Below are positions 43,111 through 54,038 of a stretch of 64,000 bases of DNA, piece after piece. This DNA is from an uncultured Poribacteria bacterium. GTDB lineage: Bacteria; Poribacteria; WGA-4E; WGA-3G. The stretch lies in assembly GCA_951813565.1 (NCBI GenBank), contig OX638351.1:2816001-2880000 (forward strand), given 5' to 3'. The notes beneath the pieces were generated by a model, which was not told where the DNA came from, made no database searches, and saw only the letters and a program-made list of their open reading frames with translations. Positions within the stretch are counted from its first letter, which is position 1. Each line of letters starts with the position of its first letter. A program made the translations under genes and the position numbers.

Positions 43111-43842
43111 ATGCAGAGTCACGAAGTAGATTATGAAATTTTTGGTAACGATATGCAGGTCGTTGAGGTTGAACTTGATAGAGGCGAGACGATCATAGCG
43201 GAAGCAGGTGCTATGAACTGGATGGAGGATGACATTGTCTATGCGGCAAAGATGGGCGATGGTTCCGGTGGTGATGAGGGCTTGATGGGCAAACTTCTCA
43301 GTGCCGGTAAACGTGCTATCAGTGGTGAATCGCTTTTTTTAACCCATTTCACTAACACTGGCAACCACAAGAGACGGGTCGCCTTCGCCGCTCCCTACCC
43401 CGGTCATATTATCCCGATTGATCTTGCCAAATTCGGCGGAGAGTTGCTCTGTCAGAAGGATGCTTTCCTCTGCGCTGCCTTGGGTACTGAACTGGACATT
43501 GCTTTCTCACGGAAATTGGGTGCCGGGTTTTTTGGTGGTGAAGGTTTTATCCTCCAACGCCTACGCGGCGACGGCATGGCTTTTGTGCATGCGGGGGGAT
43601 CAATCGTCAAAAAGGAACTTGTCAACGAGACACTCCGTGTTGACACCGGGTGTCTTGTCGCCTTCACGTCTGGTGTTGATTATGACATTGAAATGGTCAA
43701 AGGCTTAAAGTCAATGTTCTTCGGCGGTGAAGGGCTTTTCCTCGCGACCCTGCAAGGCACAGGTACTGTTTACCTCCAGAGTTTGCCTTTTTCAAAACTT
43801 GCAGACCGTATTATTGAACAAGTGCCAAGAAGCGGAAACTGA
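43111..43842 (+). CDS. AIM24/TIGR00266 family protein
   Basis: [35 protein letters not shown]. Confidence 0.88.
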   Translation: MQSHEVDYEIFGNDMQVVEVELDRGETIIAEAGAMNWMEDDIVYAAKMGDGSGGDEGLMGKLLSAGKRAISGESLFLTHFTNTGNHKRRVAFAAPYPGHIIPIDLAKFGGELLCQKDAFLCAALGTELDIAFSRKLGAGFFGGEGFILQRLRGDGMAFVHAGGSIVKKELVNETLRVDTGCLVAFTSGVDYDIEMVKGLKSMFFGGEGLFLATLQGTGTVYLQSLPFSKLADRIIEQVPRSGN

Positions 43843-43938
43843 TATGAGTACTGTATCCACTAAAAAGAATACACGTTCAATTTGAAAATGAATTTGATTG
43901 GTAAATCGTACAAAACGGAATGAAATAATAGGAACAAC

Positions 43939-44038
43939 ATGAAGGCAGACACATTCACCAATACGATTATCGTTGGGGATACAACGAAAGTATTACCAGA
44001 ACTTATAAAGGTAGAAAAACAATACGATGTGATTATTG
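43939..44038 (+). repeat. 100-bp direct repeat of the 5' end of the methyltransferase gene at 46231
   Basis: 99/100 identical to 46231-46330, with shared upstream AATAGGAACAA. Confidence 0.95.
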
Positions 44039-44039
44039 T

Positions 44040-45188
44040 ATGAACAAGGACCTTTTACAACTTATCGAAGATTATACTACAAAAGAACACACCGAAATCA
44101 GCGCTAACCTGATCGGTAAATCTAAAGACAGTCTCGTCGCTATGCTTTTAGAATTACTTACGAAATATTATAATGATTTGAATTCTTCTACGATGCGCGA
44201 GTTAGTTGTAGCTGTAGTAGCTGGGTATGAGCCTAGCTCAGAAAAGCTGGGGTATAACGGTTTTAGACATAATACGCTTACAGGAGAAGTCGAACACTGC
44301 GAAATAAAACCTCGCAATTATCGGACTAATTCTATTGCTAAGTCCCCCACTAAATTGAATGGTGGCGGTAATCTCACAGATTACAGTTGGCAAAAGTTCG
44401 AAAGGCATAAAGAAGAAAGCCCCAACATGTTGGTTGCTGGTTTTGTTAATGGACGCCTCATTTACATATTCGGGTTCAGTTTTAACGAACAAAGTTTCAC
44501 ATCCCGATTGCAAGCACAACTTGAACGCAGATTTCCTAATGGTGATAGAATAGGTCAATACCTACGAAGTGCCGATTTTTCATTTATACCAGGACTTACG
44601 CAGTCTTGAAGATTATTGAAGGATTTGAGAGTTGATATCGTAAATAATCGTCCAATAAGCTATCTTTAAGCTCATAAATTGTTCTACCAACTGCACGGGC
44701 AGTGCGTGTCAAACAGACCCATACTTGAAAACAACACGCAATATGATTTCTTTGCGCACGCAACTTGCGACATTGACATTTACCAATACCAGTGACTTGT
44801 TTGATCTCACGATGAAATTGCTCAATCTTCCAACGCACTTTACATTCTTGGATTGTGGCATCCACATCATCATACTCAATGTCATCCTTTACGGATTGCC
44901 AGAGTTCGCTTGAAGAAATGTTTTCATTTCTCAAGAAACGATTGAGTTGATCGTGGCTCCATTTTTCTGTCCGAGCAGCAAAGTAGGTTTGTGTCCAATT
45001 CGTGACACTTGCTATCAAAAACTGACAATAATCGGAAAATAGGTTTTCCTTCTTTTGAGAGTGGGTAAATGTAATCATAATAGAATACTATACACCATTT
45101 TATAAAAATGCGTAAGTCCTGTATACATTACAAGGATGTAGAGAGTTTCGAAACAATTTATACCGCTTCTAAACAAAGCCTTACATAA
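44040..45188 (+). pseudogene. Putative type II restriction endonuclease interrupted by IS
   Basis: EIK motif; frame resumes after IS (IHYKDVESFETIY..); adjacent to MTase. Confidence 0.6.
44590..45121 (-). mobile_element. Internally deleted (532 bp) copy of the IS701-like element
   Basis: Same TIRs as 7231-8320, 558-bp in-frame deletion, TSD TATAC. Confidence 0.92.
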
Positions 45189-45225
45189 CAAAAGGTGTGT
45201 TCGAACACTTGGAGAAGACAGCACA

Positions 45226-46164
45226 ATGAATATTACTGACCAACACCAGCTTAAAGACAACTTGCTGGAAAGTAAGCAAATTACGAAGGATACGCTCGAA
45301 GAAGACAAACTGATTGAAGGCGATACCCTTAGCGTTTTGGGTAAAATAGATGATGATGTCGTCAATGTTGGCGTCACTTCACCACCATACAACAAGCAAG
45401 AAAAGCAAAAAGGCTGGCTTGTAAAAAATGTAGTGTATGATGCTTACAAAGATGCTGTGCCAGAACCTGAGTATCAGCAGCACCAAGTAGATGTGCTGAA
45501 TGAGATTTACCGTGTAACCGCTCCCGGAGGATCGTTTTTCTATAATCACAAAGTCCGATGGGATAGAGGCAACATGTATCATCCGATGGACTGGTTGCGT
45601 AAAACTGAATGGACGGTAAAGCAGGAAGTCATTTGGGACAGAATGATTGCAGGAAACATAAGGGGTTGGCGGTTTTGGCAAGTAGAAGAACGTATTTATT
45701 GGCTGCATAAGCCTATAGGAAACAAATTAATTGGCAAAGAATTGAGATCCTGTGATGCAAAGTTGACATCTATATGGCGCGGTGTTCCTGAAAATGGCAA
45801 AAATAATCCGCATCCAGCACCGTTTCCGCTTTGGTTGCCAGCACGCGTAATTATATCAATTTTAGGGACAGAGACACAAGGCGTTGTGTTAGATCCTTAC
45901 ATCGGCAGCGGCACTACTGCTGTTGCTGCAAAACTTTTAGGGCATAAATACATTGGCATTGATAGAAGCGAAGAATATATGAAAATGACGATTGACAGAT
46001 TAGATAATGCTCCCAGTGAAATGTCTAAAATCCAAGAAGAACTTGGGTTGCATCAGGTGGAGATGACCTTTAAAGAACGCAAATCAAAAGGCAAGAATGT
46101 GGGTAAATATCGCGGCACAGATGATGAAGATAAAACAGGACAAACCACCCTTTTTGAGCGATAA
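45226..46164 (+). CDS. Site-specific DNA methyltransferase (beta class, N4C/N6A)
   Basis: TSPPY, HPAPFP, LDPYIGSGTT. Confidence 0.93.
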   Translation: MNITDQHQLKDNLLESKQITKDTLEEDKLIEGDTLSVLGKIDDDVVNVGVTSPPYNKQEKQKGWLVKNVVYDAYKDAVPEPEYQQHQVDVLNEIYRVTAPGGSFFYNHKVRWDRGNMYHPMDWLRKTEWTVKQEVIWDRMIAGNIRGWRFWQVEERIYWLHKPIGNKLIGKELRSCDAKLTSIWRGVPENGKNNPHPAPFPLWLPARVIISILGTETQGVVLDPYIGSGTTAVAAKLLGHKYIGIDRSEEYMKMTIDRLDNAPSEMSKIQEELGLHQVEMTFKERKSKGKNVGKYRGTDDEDKTGQTTLFER

Positions 46165-46230
46165 TTATGCTATGAAAAATGTTAGGTTTTCGATCGTTTT
46201 CTACCCAACCTACATCAATAGGAACAAAAT

Positions 46231-47166
46231 ATGAAGGCAGACACATTCACCAATACGATTATCGTTGGGGATACAACGAAAGTATTACCAGAACTTATAA
46301 AGGTAGAAAAGCAATACGATGTGATTATTGCCGATCCCCCATACAACATCGGTAAAGATTTCGGTAATGATACCGAAGTAATGCCAATAGATGATTATGT
46401 TGAATGGGCAGAATCATGGATAAAAGACTGCCTTCAGCTCTTAACAGATGACGGTTTACTTTATCTGTATGGTTTCCCAGAAATTATTGCGCAAATATCT
46501 GTTCGCTTCCCTATCCACGAGCAACGTTGGTTAGTATGGCATTATACCAACAAGACTGTCCCATCATTAAAATTTTGGCAACGGTCTCACGAAACAATAT
46601 TGTGTCTGTGGAAACCGAATATGCCGCGCACAAATTTGGAGATAGACCAAATTAGGGAGCCTTATACTGAGAACTTCCTAAAGAATGCTGCAGGAAAAGA
46701 AAGAAAAGACACGCCTTCACGCTATGGTTCACCGGGCAAAATAACTATTTATAATGCACATAAGAATGGGGCGTTACCCAGAGATGTTATTAAAATTCCA
46801 GCCTTAGCTGGCGGAGCAGGTCGTTCTGAAAGGTGGTTTATTTGTAAAACGTGCGGGACTCAAATTTATCCTCCCGCGGATCTATCTGAGCACCGAGAAC
46901 ACGACATATTGAAACATCCAACTCAAAAACCGATGGAATTAACGAGACGACTCATTCTATCTCGCATCATTGGGCAAGATGGAAAGGTGCTTGTTCCGTT
47001 TGCTGGTTCAGGTTCGGAATGTGTCGTGGCACAAGCATTGGAAGTTGAATATCTTGGTATAGAAATAAATCCTGAATTCGCGGATTTTGCAATGAAGTGG
47101 CTGGAAGCTGAATGTAAACACCAAATGTGGTTGTGGGAGTCTGAAGATGTATCAATTGACTGCTAG
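46231..47166 (+). CDS. Site-specific DNA methyltransferase (beta class)
   Basis: ADPPY, HPTQKP, PFAGSG. Confidence 0.93.
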   Translation: MKADTFTNTIIVGDTTKVLPELIKVEKQYDVIIADPPYNIGKDFGNDTEVMPIDDYVEWAESWIKDCLQLLTDDGLLYLYGFPEIIAQISVRFPIHEQRWLVWHYTNKTVPSLKFWQRSHETILCLWKPNMPRTNLEIDQIREPYTENFLKNAAGKERKDTPSRYGSPGKITIYNAHKNGALPRDVIKIPALAGGAGRSERWFICKTCGTQIYPPADLSEHREHDILKHPTQKPMELTRRLILSRIIGQDGKVLVPFAGSGSECVVAQALEVEYLGIEINPEFADFAMKWLEAECKHQMWLWESEDVSIDC

Positions 47167-47764
47167 GATGGAGCAGACATTACGACAATACTTGGAAAAA
47201 TATCACGACCTATTTGATGGTGGACGTTGTTCGGGATGGGAATTAGAAGAACTTGTATTTAAATCCATTCAATCGGATAGCATAGCAGGTCATCACGCCA
47301 CTTGGCAAGAAGGTGGACACGATGATGAAGCAGATATTCGTGTGCGGGTGAATGGCGAGACATACCCATTACAGATCAAATCTGGCAAGATTAAACAAAT
47401 TAAATCAGGTGATGAAAGAAAACCACATCTTGTATTGTCAGGACATCGGTTAGGACGTTTTAACGGTGACTTTGAGGATATGACGGAATATCTAAATGAG
47501 GATAGGGCAAATTTTTTATCTATACCTTATCGTAAAGTAGATGATGATAAAGGAAGACACCATATTTACCAAATAGTATATGTTGAAGGAGTCTATCTTC
47601 GTCAACTCAGTCCTTCCCGATGGGAACAAGTAAGCAAGTCCACTTGGAAACAAATCAATCCACATGGTGTAATCTTCACACTACATCCTTCTATGAGTTG
47701 GCAAGTCTGGTGGCGGATACCATTATCGTTAGTAAATCATTCGCCAGAATTCATAATCAGATAA
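47147..47764 (+). CDS. Putative PD-(D/E)xK restriction endonuclease
   Basis: AD..(x)..LQIKS motif; overlaps MTase 3' end. Confidence 0.55.
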   Translation: MYQLTARMEQTLRQYLEKYHDLFDGGRCSGWELEELVFKSIQSDSIAGHHATWQEGGHDDEADIRVRVNGETYPLQIKSGKIKQIKSGDERKPHLVLSGHRLGRFNGDFEDMTEYLNEDRANFLSIPYRKVDDDKGRHHIYQIVYVEGVYLRQLSPSRWEQVSKSTWKQINPHGVIFTLHPSMSWQVWWRIPLSLVNHSPEFIIR

Positions 47765-47823
47765 TAGTATAAAAGTTATATTTGAGTTGAAAACTTATCT
47801 GTTTTTTTGTGTTTGGAGTCTAT

Positions 47824-48927
47824 GTGAAAATTCGCAGTATAAAAGCTTATCAAGTTGACCTCCCACTTTACGAAGGCAGCTATAATTGGTCCGGTGGGAA
47901 ATCTGTATCCGTCTTCGACAGCACCATCGTCTCAGTTGAAACGGACGAAGGCATTACAGGTTACGGTGAGGTGTGTCCGTTGGGACCGTTCTATCTCCCC
48001 GCCTATGCAACGGGAACCCGGACCGGTATCACTGAACTCGCACCGCATCTCATCGGTGAAGACCCGACCCAACTGCTGCCGCTCAACCAACTTATGGATA
48101 TCACGCTCAAAGGACATCCGTATGTGAAATCCGCAATTGACATCGCGTGTTGGGATATCCTCGGCAAGATTTCAAACCAATCCGTCTGTACACTTCTCGG
48201 TGGAAGGTATGGACAGGATTTCATGCTCTATCGTGCGATTTCTCAACAATCTCCTGATGAGATGGCGGATAAAGTGGCAACATATCGCGCGGAAGGGTAT
48301 CGCAAATTCCAGTTGAAAGTAGGCGGAGACCCAAATACTGATATTGAACGTATTCATGCTGTCTCAGAATTGATGGAACCGGGAGATGTGCTTATTGCGG
48401 ACGCGAATACCGGTTGGTTGATGCACCAAGCCGCACGTGTCGTGCGTGGTGTCCGCGGTGTGGATGTCTACATTGAACAACCCTGCCTCTCCTACGAAGA
48501 ATGCCTCGCCATTCGCGAACGGACAGATCACCCCTTTGTGCTTGATGAGACGATTGACAGTATCCATGCGTTGTTGCGTGGTCATGCTGACCGTGCGATG
48601 GATGTCGTCAACATAAAGATTAGCAAATTCGGCGGACTGACCAAAGCGAAACTTGCAAGAGACCTCTGCGTTGAACTCGGTGTTGCGATGACAATTGAGG
48701 ACAGTTGGGGTGGCGACATCACAACCGCAGCGATTGCCCATCTCGCCCATAGTACACCAACAGAATTTCTTTTCACAGCAACCGATTTTAATAGTTATGT
48801 CACCGTCAGTACAGCGGAAGGTGCACCGCAGCGAGTCAATGGTAGAATGGCAGCCGCAACGCAGCCGGGTTTGGGAATTGACCCTAATATGGATGTATTA
48901 GGTGAAGCGGTGGTTCACGTGGAATGA
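47824..48927 (+). CDS. Enolase-superfamily (MR/MLE) enzyme, cis-3-hydroxyproline dehydratase-like
   Basis: [31 protein letters not shown]. Confidence 0.8.
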   Translation: MKIRSIKAYQVDLPLYEGSYNWSGGKSVSVFDSTIVSVETDEGITGYGEVCPLGPFYLPAYATGTRTGITELAPHLIGEDPTQLLPLNQLMDITLKGHPYVKSAIDIACWDILGKISNQSVCTLLGGRYGQDFMLYRAISQQSPDEMADKVATYRAEGYRKFQLKVGGDPNTDIERIHAVSELMEPGDVLIADANTGWLMHQAARVVRGVRGVDVYIEQPCLSYEECLAIRERTDHPFVLDETIDSIHALLRGHADRAMDVVNIKISKFGGLTKAKLARDLCVELGVAMTIEDSWGGDITTAAIAHLAHSTPTEFLFTATDFNSYVTVSTAEGAPQRVNGRMAAATQPGLGIDPNMDVLGEAVVHVE

Positions 48928-48931
48928 TCGT

Positions 48932-49897
48932 ATGAGCATTAGAATCCTCTCCGCTGCCGATGTCCGAGCAGCCTTACCTATGCCCAAAGCAATTGATGCG
49001 ATGCGGCACGCCTACGGTCAACTCTCAGCAGGCAAAGTGACGGCACCACCACGACTACATCTCTCCACCGACAAAGGCGTTACGCTCATCATGCCTGCCT
49101 TTCTCCCCGAACGTAGTGAATTCGGCATCAAAGTTGTTTCCGTTTATGACGACAATCCGATCCTTAATCTACCCCGCATTACTGCAACAGTCTTAGTGCT
49201 TGACCCGACGACAGGATCGCCAAAAGCATTCATGGACGGTGCCAGCCTTACTGCCATTCGAACCGGGGCAGGTGGAGGTTTAGCAGCAGACTTACTTGCA
49301 CGGAAGGACGCAAAAAAAGTTGGACTGTTCGGAGCAGGTGTACAGGCGCGGGCACAGTTGCAGGCGGTGATGGCAGTTAGAGACATAGCAAACGTCAATC
49401 TTATCAGTCGGACACAAGCATCAGCACAACAACTCGCTACCGAAATTTCGGGGTGGACAGACGCACCAGAAGTCAAACTCGTCCCTACGCCGCAACAAGT
49501 GGTAGCAGATGCTGATATTGTTATCTGCGCGACAACATCAGCAACACCGCTTTTTGACGGAAATGATCTAAAACCGGGCACACACATCACAGCCGTTGGC
49601 ACGTTCGTGCCAGAAAAACGGGAAGTTGACACGATAACCGTAAGACGCGCAAACCGAATTGTGGTAGACTCGCGGGAAGCCTGTTTAGAGGAGGCGGGAG
49701 ACCTGATTATTCCGAACGCTCAAATTGACGCTGAAATAGGCGAAATCGTCAATGGTGACAAACAGGGGCGGCAGTCAAACAACGAGATCACGTTTTTTAA
49801 ATCGGTAGGCGTGGCGGTGCAGGATGCAGTTGCAGCATCAGTAATACTTGCTGAGGCGGAGGCGAAAGCGTTAGGTGTCCTCATTGAAATCGGATGA
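48932..49897 (+). CDS. Ornithine cyclodeaminase / pyrroline-2-carboxylate reductase family
   Basis: GIKVVS, LTAIRTGA, GAGVQA, FKSVGVAVQD. Confidence 0.9.
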   Translation: MSIRILSAADVRAALPMPKAIDAMRHAYGQLSAGKVTAPPRLHLSTDKGVTLIMPAFLPERSEFGIKVVSVYDDNPILNLPRITATVLVLDPTTGSPKAFMDGASLTAIRTGAGGGLAADLLARKDAKKVGLFGAGVQARAQLQAVMAVRDIANVNLISRTQASAQQLATEISGWTDAPEVKLVPTPQQVVADADIVICATTSATPLFDGNDLKPGTHITAVGTFVPEKREVDTITVRRANRIVVDSREACLEEAGDLIIPNAQIDAEIGEIVNGDKQGRQSNNEITFFKSVGVAVQDAVAASVILAEAEAKALGVLIEIG

Positions 49898-49904
49898 CGA
49901 AAAT

Positions 49905-50621
49905 TCATTGAGGTTGTTCATTAACCTTACGTATCGCTGGCAAATGCCACCACGGAACGTCCGGGTACTCGTGGTGTTCCCAATGATACCCGAAGTGATA
50001 ACAGGTAATAAATGACCAGAAAGTCGAATACGCATTGCTCTTTGCACAGTGCGGGTTCTCATATCCACCCACTGGAGCGCGGTGCGGTAGATATGTCCCG
50101 AAATAAAAGAGTTGTAACGTGCTAAACAATGCCGGAGAAACCCAGAATAGTATCAGGTTAAGGGTGGGGATCCCCAAAACGTACTCCATAATCTGAAAGA
50201 CAACCGCCATGCCAACAATCTGCTTCCAACTGAGGTATTCTTTCATAAAATGAAGATACCACGCCAAGAAACCACTGTGTTCTCCATCATGAAAATCCGG
50301 ATCTGCATCGCTTGCAGGTGTTCGGTGGTGTGCCCAGTGCTTCTCTAATAATTTGCGATATGAAAACAGCGCGTATAACCTAACAGCGATTGTGCCAATT
50401 ACATTGTTGATGCGTGGGTGCTCCCGACATACCGATCCGTGCATCGCATCGTGCGCTGTGATGAACAAACCGGTATACAGAAAGTTCTGCCAAAGTATGC
50501 CTAATGGTATCAGCACAATACTAACTCGAACGACATCAAGTGTAAGGAAAATTGAGAGACTCAATCCCCATAGACCGATAATCGCTAATGCTATGAATAA
50601 ACCCTTATTTGTCGGTTTCAT
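49905..50621 (-). CDS. crtW: Carotenoid ketolase, CrtW type
   Basis: TGLFITAHDAMHG, HWAHH, DPDFH, QLFYFGTYLPHR, CYHFGYHWEHH. Confidence 0.9.
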   Translation of the reverse strand: MKPTNKGLFIALAIIGLWGLSLSIFLTLDVVRVSIVLIPLGILWQNFLYTGLFITAHDAMHGSVCREHPRINNVIGTIAVRLYALFSYRKLLEKHWAHHRTPASDADPDFHDGEHSGFLAWYLHFMKEYLSWKQIVGMAVVFQIMEYVLGIPTLNLILFWVSPALFSTLQLFYFGTYLPHRAPVGGYENPHCAKSNAYSTFWSFITCYHFGYHWEHHEYPDVPWWHLPAIRKVNEQPQ

Positions 50622-51304
50622 AGGCACTTCAAATCCACGAGTCCGAAATAAACGAGTTGCGCAAAATAGAAGTGAAACGCGATTTGAGGCAAGGCTCCCC
50701 ACCCCTTACTGTGAAGGGACGGTTGGGAAAACAAGCCCAATTTTATACCGATCATCGCAAAGACGAAACCCAACCCGAACCACGCCAGATAGTTTTGCAG
50801 CGGAATACGGTTATCCGCCCATAACCAATAGTCTAAAATTTCTGCTGCGGGTTCCATGAACATGTCGAAACAGACCATTAACAACGCCACACACAACGCT
50901 AGATTGACCGGACTTTTAACTATGGATTTCGGTGCGATCCTTTGAACAACCGCGACTGAGGTGACAAGCATTACAAACCACGCGCATCCAATACAGATCG
51001 GTACACCATCAATCGACGGACGCAGTGTCTGTCCGTACATATACGCGCCGAAAATTTGGCTTGTCCGAACGCCGAGCCACTCAATTCCGAAGCTACCCAC
51101 AACAACGCATACACTCCAGAGAAAAAATTTCCGCTTTTCTTGCTGTGGGCATATCCGCCAGCATTCCCAAAACAGCCAAACCGCTAAACCAAACATCATC
51201 GGCGCAGCGAGAACTCGCATGACTCCTTGGAAAACACCAAGTACATGCCACAACCCACCGGCTCCTAAAAGTAGATAAAGCACCCCTATTTTTAGTTTAT
51301 CCAC
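50618..51304 (-). CDS. Carotenoid 1,2-hydratase-like membrane protein (CruF family)
   Basis: EWLGV.T..IFG.Y.YG, D..MEP, P.QNY.AWF. Confidence 0.78.
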   Translation of the reverse strand: MDKLKIGVLYLLLGAGGLWHVLGVFQGVMRVLAAPMMFGLAVWLFWECWRICPQQEKRKFFLWSVCVVVGSFGIEWLGVRTSQIFGAYMYGQTLRPSIDGVPICIGCAWFVMLVTSVAVVQRIAPKSIVKSPVNLALCVALLMVCFDMFMEPAAEILDYWLWADNRIPLQNYLAWFGLGFVFAMIGIKLGLFSQPSLHSKGWGALPQIAFHFYFAQLVYFGLVDLKCL

Positions 51305-52426
51305 TTACCCGTTTACCTGCATGTCGATCTGCCGCCCTTTCCACTGCAAGCGACCGCGTTTGACTTGATAGAATGAATTGATACCAATCAACAAAGTTGC
51401 CAAAACACCAAGCGGATGCAAAACCACACTCGTAAAGAATGGGTGTTTGTATTTCAGTGCCAGTACAACCCGCATAACAACGTTCATAGAGATTGCAATA
51501 AGAGACAGTTTCGTAAATGGCTCGAACCAGACAGTGATATACGGGAAAACGCACATTGTAAACAGAATAAACGTTAGCGCAAAAAACGGAACTGTCTTGT
51601 AGCGGACCAGCCCAAAAAGGTTTTTGGAAAATCCACTCCATACCTCACCAAACGAATGATACATCCTACAACACACCACGCGAGTGCCAGCCGAGGTCAA
51701 GATTCTGATACCACTCTTTTTTGCCAATCGGCTTAACTCAACGTCCTCAACAATCTGACTTGATACGGCTTGATGTCCGTCAATTTGATTATATGCCTCG
51801 CGGGTGAATGCAATCCACAAACCGCTCGCGGCAGCAAGTGAAGGTGAACGACTGAAGTACGTAAGCCATAACGGAAGCCCGGCATAAACGAACATGTCAA
51901 CCACCGGTACCACGAGTTTTTCTGCTAAAGTTGCTGTTACTTTCTCTGGAAACGCCGACAATAATCCAAGCTTGAATTTCTGCATGTAGGCAACAGTATT
52001 CGCAATCGCGTCCGGTGCAGGACGGTTATCCGCATCGGTGAAAATGAGTATCTCTCCATCCGCATGCTGGCTGAGTTGATGGCACGCCCAATTTTTCCCT
52101 AACCATCCAGCGGGTAATGGTTTACCACGGACCGCCTGAACTTTAGGATACTTTTCGCCGAACTTTTCAATAATCGCACCCGTCCGATCCGTTGATTGAT
52201 CGTCAAGAACGCGAATCTCAAAATTGTCGTACTTTTGCGCCAGAAACCCGTCAATGCAAGCACCGATGTTGGCTTCCTCGTTGCGAGCAGGAATCAGCAC
52301 CGAGACACGTGGACGGTCCTGGCACTCGCCTGCTTTTTTGAGCATAGGAGCGGTCACGGCGTTAAACAGTGTGACTGTCAAAACAACCGTCATCAACCCA
52401 ATAGTGATAAACATCAATATAAACAA
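51305..52426 (-). CDS. GT2 carotenoid glycosyltransferase
   Basis: VSVLIPARNEE, GWLGKNWAC, FTDAD, IVEDV, WKGR. Confidence 0.88.
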   Translation of the reverse strand: MFILMFITIGLMTVVLTVTLFNAVTAPMLKKAGECQDRPRVSVLIPARNEEANIGACIDGFLAQKYDNFEIRVLDDQSTDRTGAIIEKFGEKYPKVQAVRGKPLPAGWLGKNWACHQLSQHADGEILIFTDADNRPAPDAIANTVAYMQKFKLGLLSAFPEKVTATLAEKLVVPVVDMFVYAGLPLWLTYFSRSPSLAAASGLWIAFTREAYNQIDGHQAVSSQIVEDVELSRLAKKSGIRILTSAGTRVVCCRMYHSFGEVWSGFSKNLFGLVRYKTVPFFALTFILFTMCVFPYITVWFEPFTKLSLIAISMNVVMRVVLALKYKHPFFTSVVLHPLGVLATLLIGINSFYQVKRGRLQWKGRQIDMQVNG

Positions 52427-52455
52427 TATTATTGTCCTACCTTAACTGATAACCA

Positions 52456-53112
52456 TTATAGCAAATTTTGACCCTCTTCTTGACGAAGTATCCGCAATGC
52501 TAAGTCATCCAGCAAATCAATCTCAGTTTTTTCGAGCCAGTCCATCCCATGAAACGTATCCATGTTGAACGAATTGACATCCCCAAAAAGAAAAAATACT
52601 TTAGGACGTTTTTCACCCAGAAACTCGGTGCGAATTGCCAAAGGAAGAACAGCTACCGGTTTTCCATATTCCCGTAAAATCCATTCAACACCGCTCTTAT
52701 AGTCGAGCGGGCGCGTGTGCCACGGCAATAGTTGTCCTTGTGGAAAAACCGAGACCAGCGGTGTCCCTTGATTCAGCATCTCCACGGTATATTCCAGTGA
52801 TTCAACGATACCTTGCCGATGCTTCGGTTTGATCGAATAAGCACCTATTTTCGCAAAGAACCTGTACTTAGATAGTTGCTCCTCCAGCATCATCAGATAG
52901 GCAGTTCGCCGAAAAATCCGTTTGTTGAGCAGATAAACAAAGAATCCATCCCACCATGTGCTGTGATTAGGGAGTAATAACAACGGCAAATGAGATGGGA
53001 TTTCCGGTGGTGCCCCCAAAAGTTGGATTGTGTGAAAATGCCGCTTGAATAACCACGTAACATACGGTTGGAAAATGAGATCAGCCCAGAGGCGATGCTG
53101 TGCACGAATCAT
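52456..53112 (-). CDS. Acyltransferase (PlsC-like), probable carotenoid-glycoside acyltransferase
   Basis: NHSTWWD, FPQG; cluster context. Confidence 0.8.
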   Translation of the reverse strand: MIRAQHRLWADLIFQPYVTWLFKRHFHTIQLLGAPPEIPSHLPLLLLPNHSTWWDGFFVYLLNKRIFRRTAYLMMLEEQLSKYRFFAKIGAYSIKPKHRQGIVESLEYTVEMLNQGTPLVSVFPQGQLLPWHTRPLDYKSGVEWILREYGKPVAVLPLAIRTEFLGEKRPKVFFLFGDVNSFNMDTFHGMDWLEKTEIDLLDDLALRILRQEEGQNLL

Positions 53113-54038
53113 TTATGTATTATTCCGGAGTGCACTGGGAATAGTTTCTCCTGCGCCGACAGAACTTTCGTCCGGAGTCCCTCGTGTAGTAAAATCTTTA
53201 TTTTTTGAATTGATGGCACAAAGACCCGACTTAAAAACGGATTGTAGTCGCACTCTTCAATTTTTCTTAAGATACCACGGTAAATTTTAGCGGCTGAATA
53301 GATCGCGTACTGCGATTCTGTTTTGAGTAAGGGGATGCCAGGCATCGCTTCAGTATAGTATTGATCAGCGCGTTCGACTTGGAATTTCATCAGTGTACGT
53401 AATTGTGGTGTCATTTTTTCGTCGAAGATGTCTTGTTCTGTTACGCCGAACTCCGTTAAATCTGTTTGTGGTATATAGAGCCGTCCGATCTCTTTATCTT
53501 CTTTTATATCTCGCAGAATATTGGTCAGTTGCATGGCGATACCGAGTTGCTTTGCGTAACCAAAGGCACGTTCGTCCTTATAGCCGAGTACATGGGTCAT
53601 CATCAGTCCTACAACGGCAGCAACCCGATAACAGAAAAGCGAGAGTTCATCGAACGTTTTATACCGCGTCTGCCGAACATCCATGGCAACTCCCTTGAGC
53701 AGATCAAGTGGATATGCAATAGGAATACTATACGCCTTGGCAACGAGAATAAACGTACGAATAATTGGATGTTGAGATTCACCTGTATTGTAAGCAATCT
53801 GTAATTCTTCTGTCAAGAGTTGAACCTCTCTGAGGATTTCTGCTTCAGTCCGTTGACGCGGCGTATCAATCAGATTGTCGCAGTGTCGACAGAAACCGTA
53901 TAGTGCGAATGTCGCCCAACGCTGTTCTCTGGGCAGCATCCTTGCTGAAAAATAAAAACTTTTTGAATAGTGGGCGGTTACCCTGCGAGCATACTCAAAT
54001 GCATGTCGATTCTCTTCTGCTTTCCACAAATTCTTCAT
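53109..54038 (-). CDS. crtB: Phytoene synthase
   Basis: SKSFYF, LYGFCR..D.LID, CYRVA, LGIAMQLTNILRD. Confidence 0.95.
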   Translation of the reverse strand: MKNLWKAEENRHAFEYARRVTAHYSKSFYFSARMLPREQRWATFALYGFCRHCDNLIDTPRQRTEAEILREVQLLTEELQIAYNTGESQHPIIRTFILVAKAYSIPIAYPLDLLKGVAMDVRQTRYKTFDELSLFCYRVAAVVGLMMTHVLGYKDERAFGYAKQLGIAMQLTNILRDIKEDKEIGRLYIPQTDLTEFGVTEQDIFDEKMTPQLRTLMKFQVERADQYYTEAMPGIPLLKTESQYAIYSAAKIYRGILRKIEECDYNPFLSRVFVPSIQKIKILLHEGLRTKVLSAQEKLFPVHSGIIHK

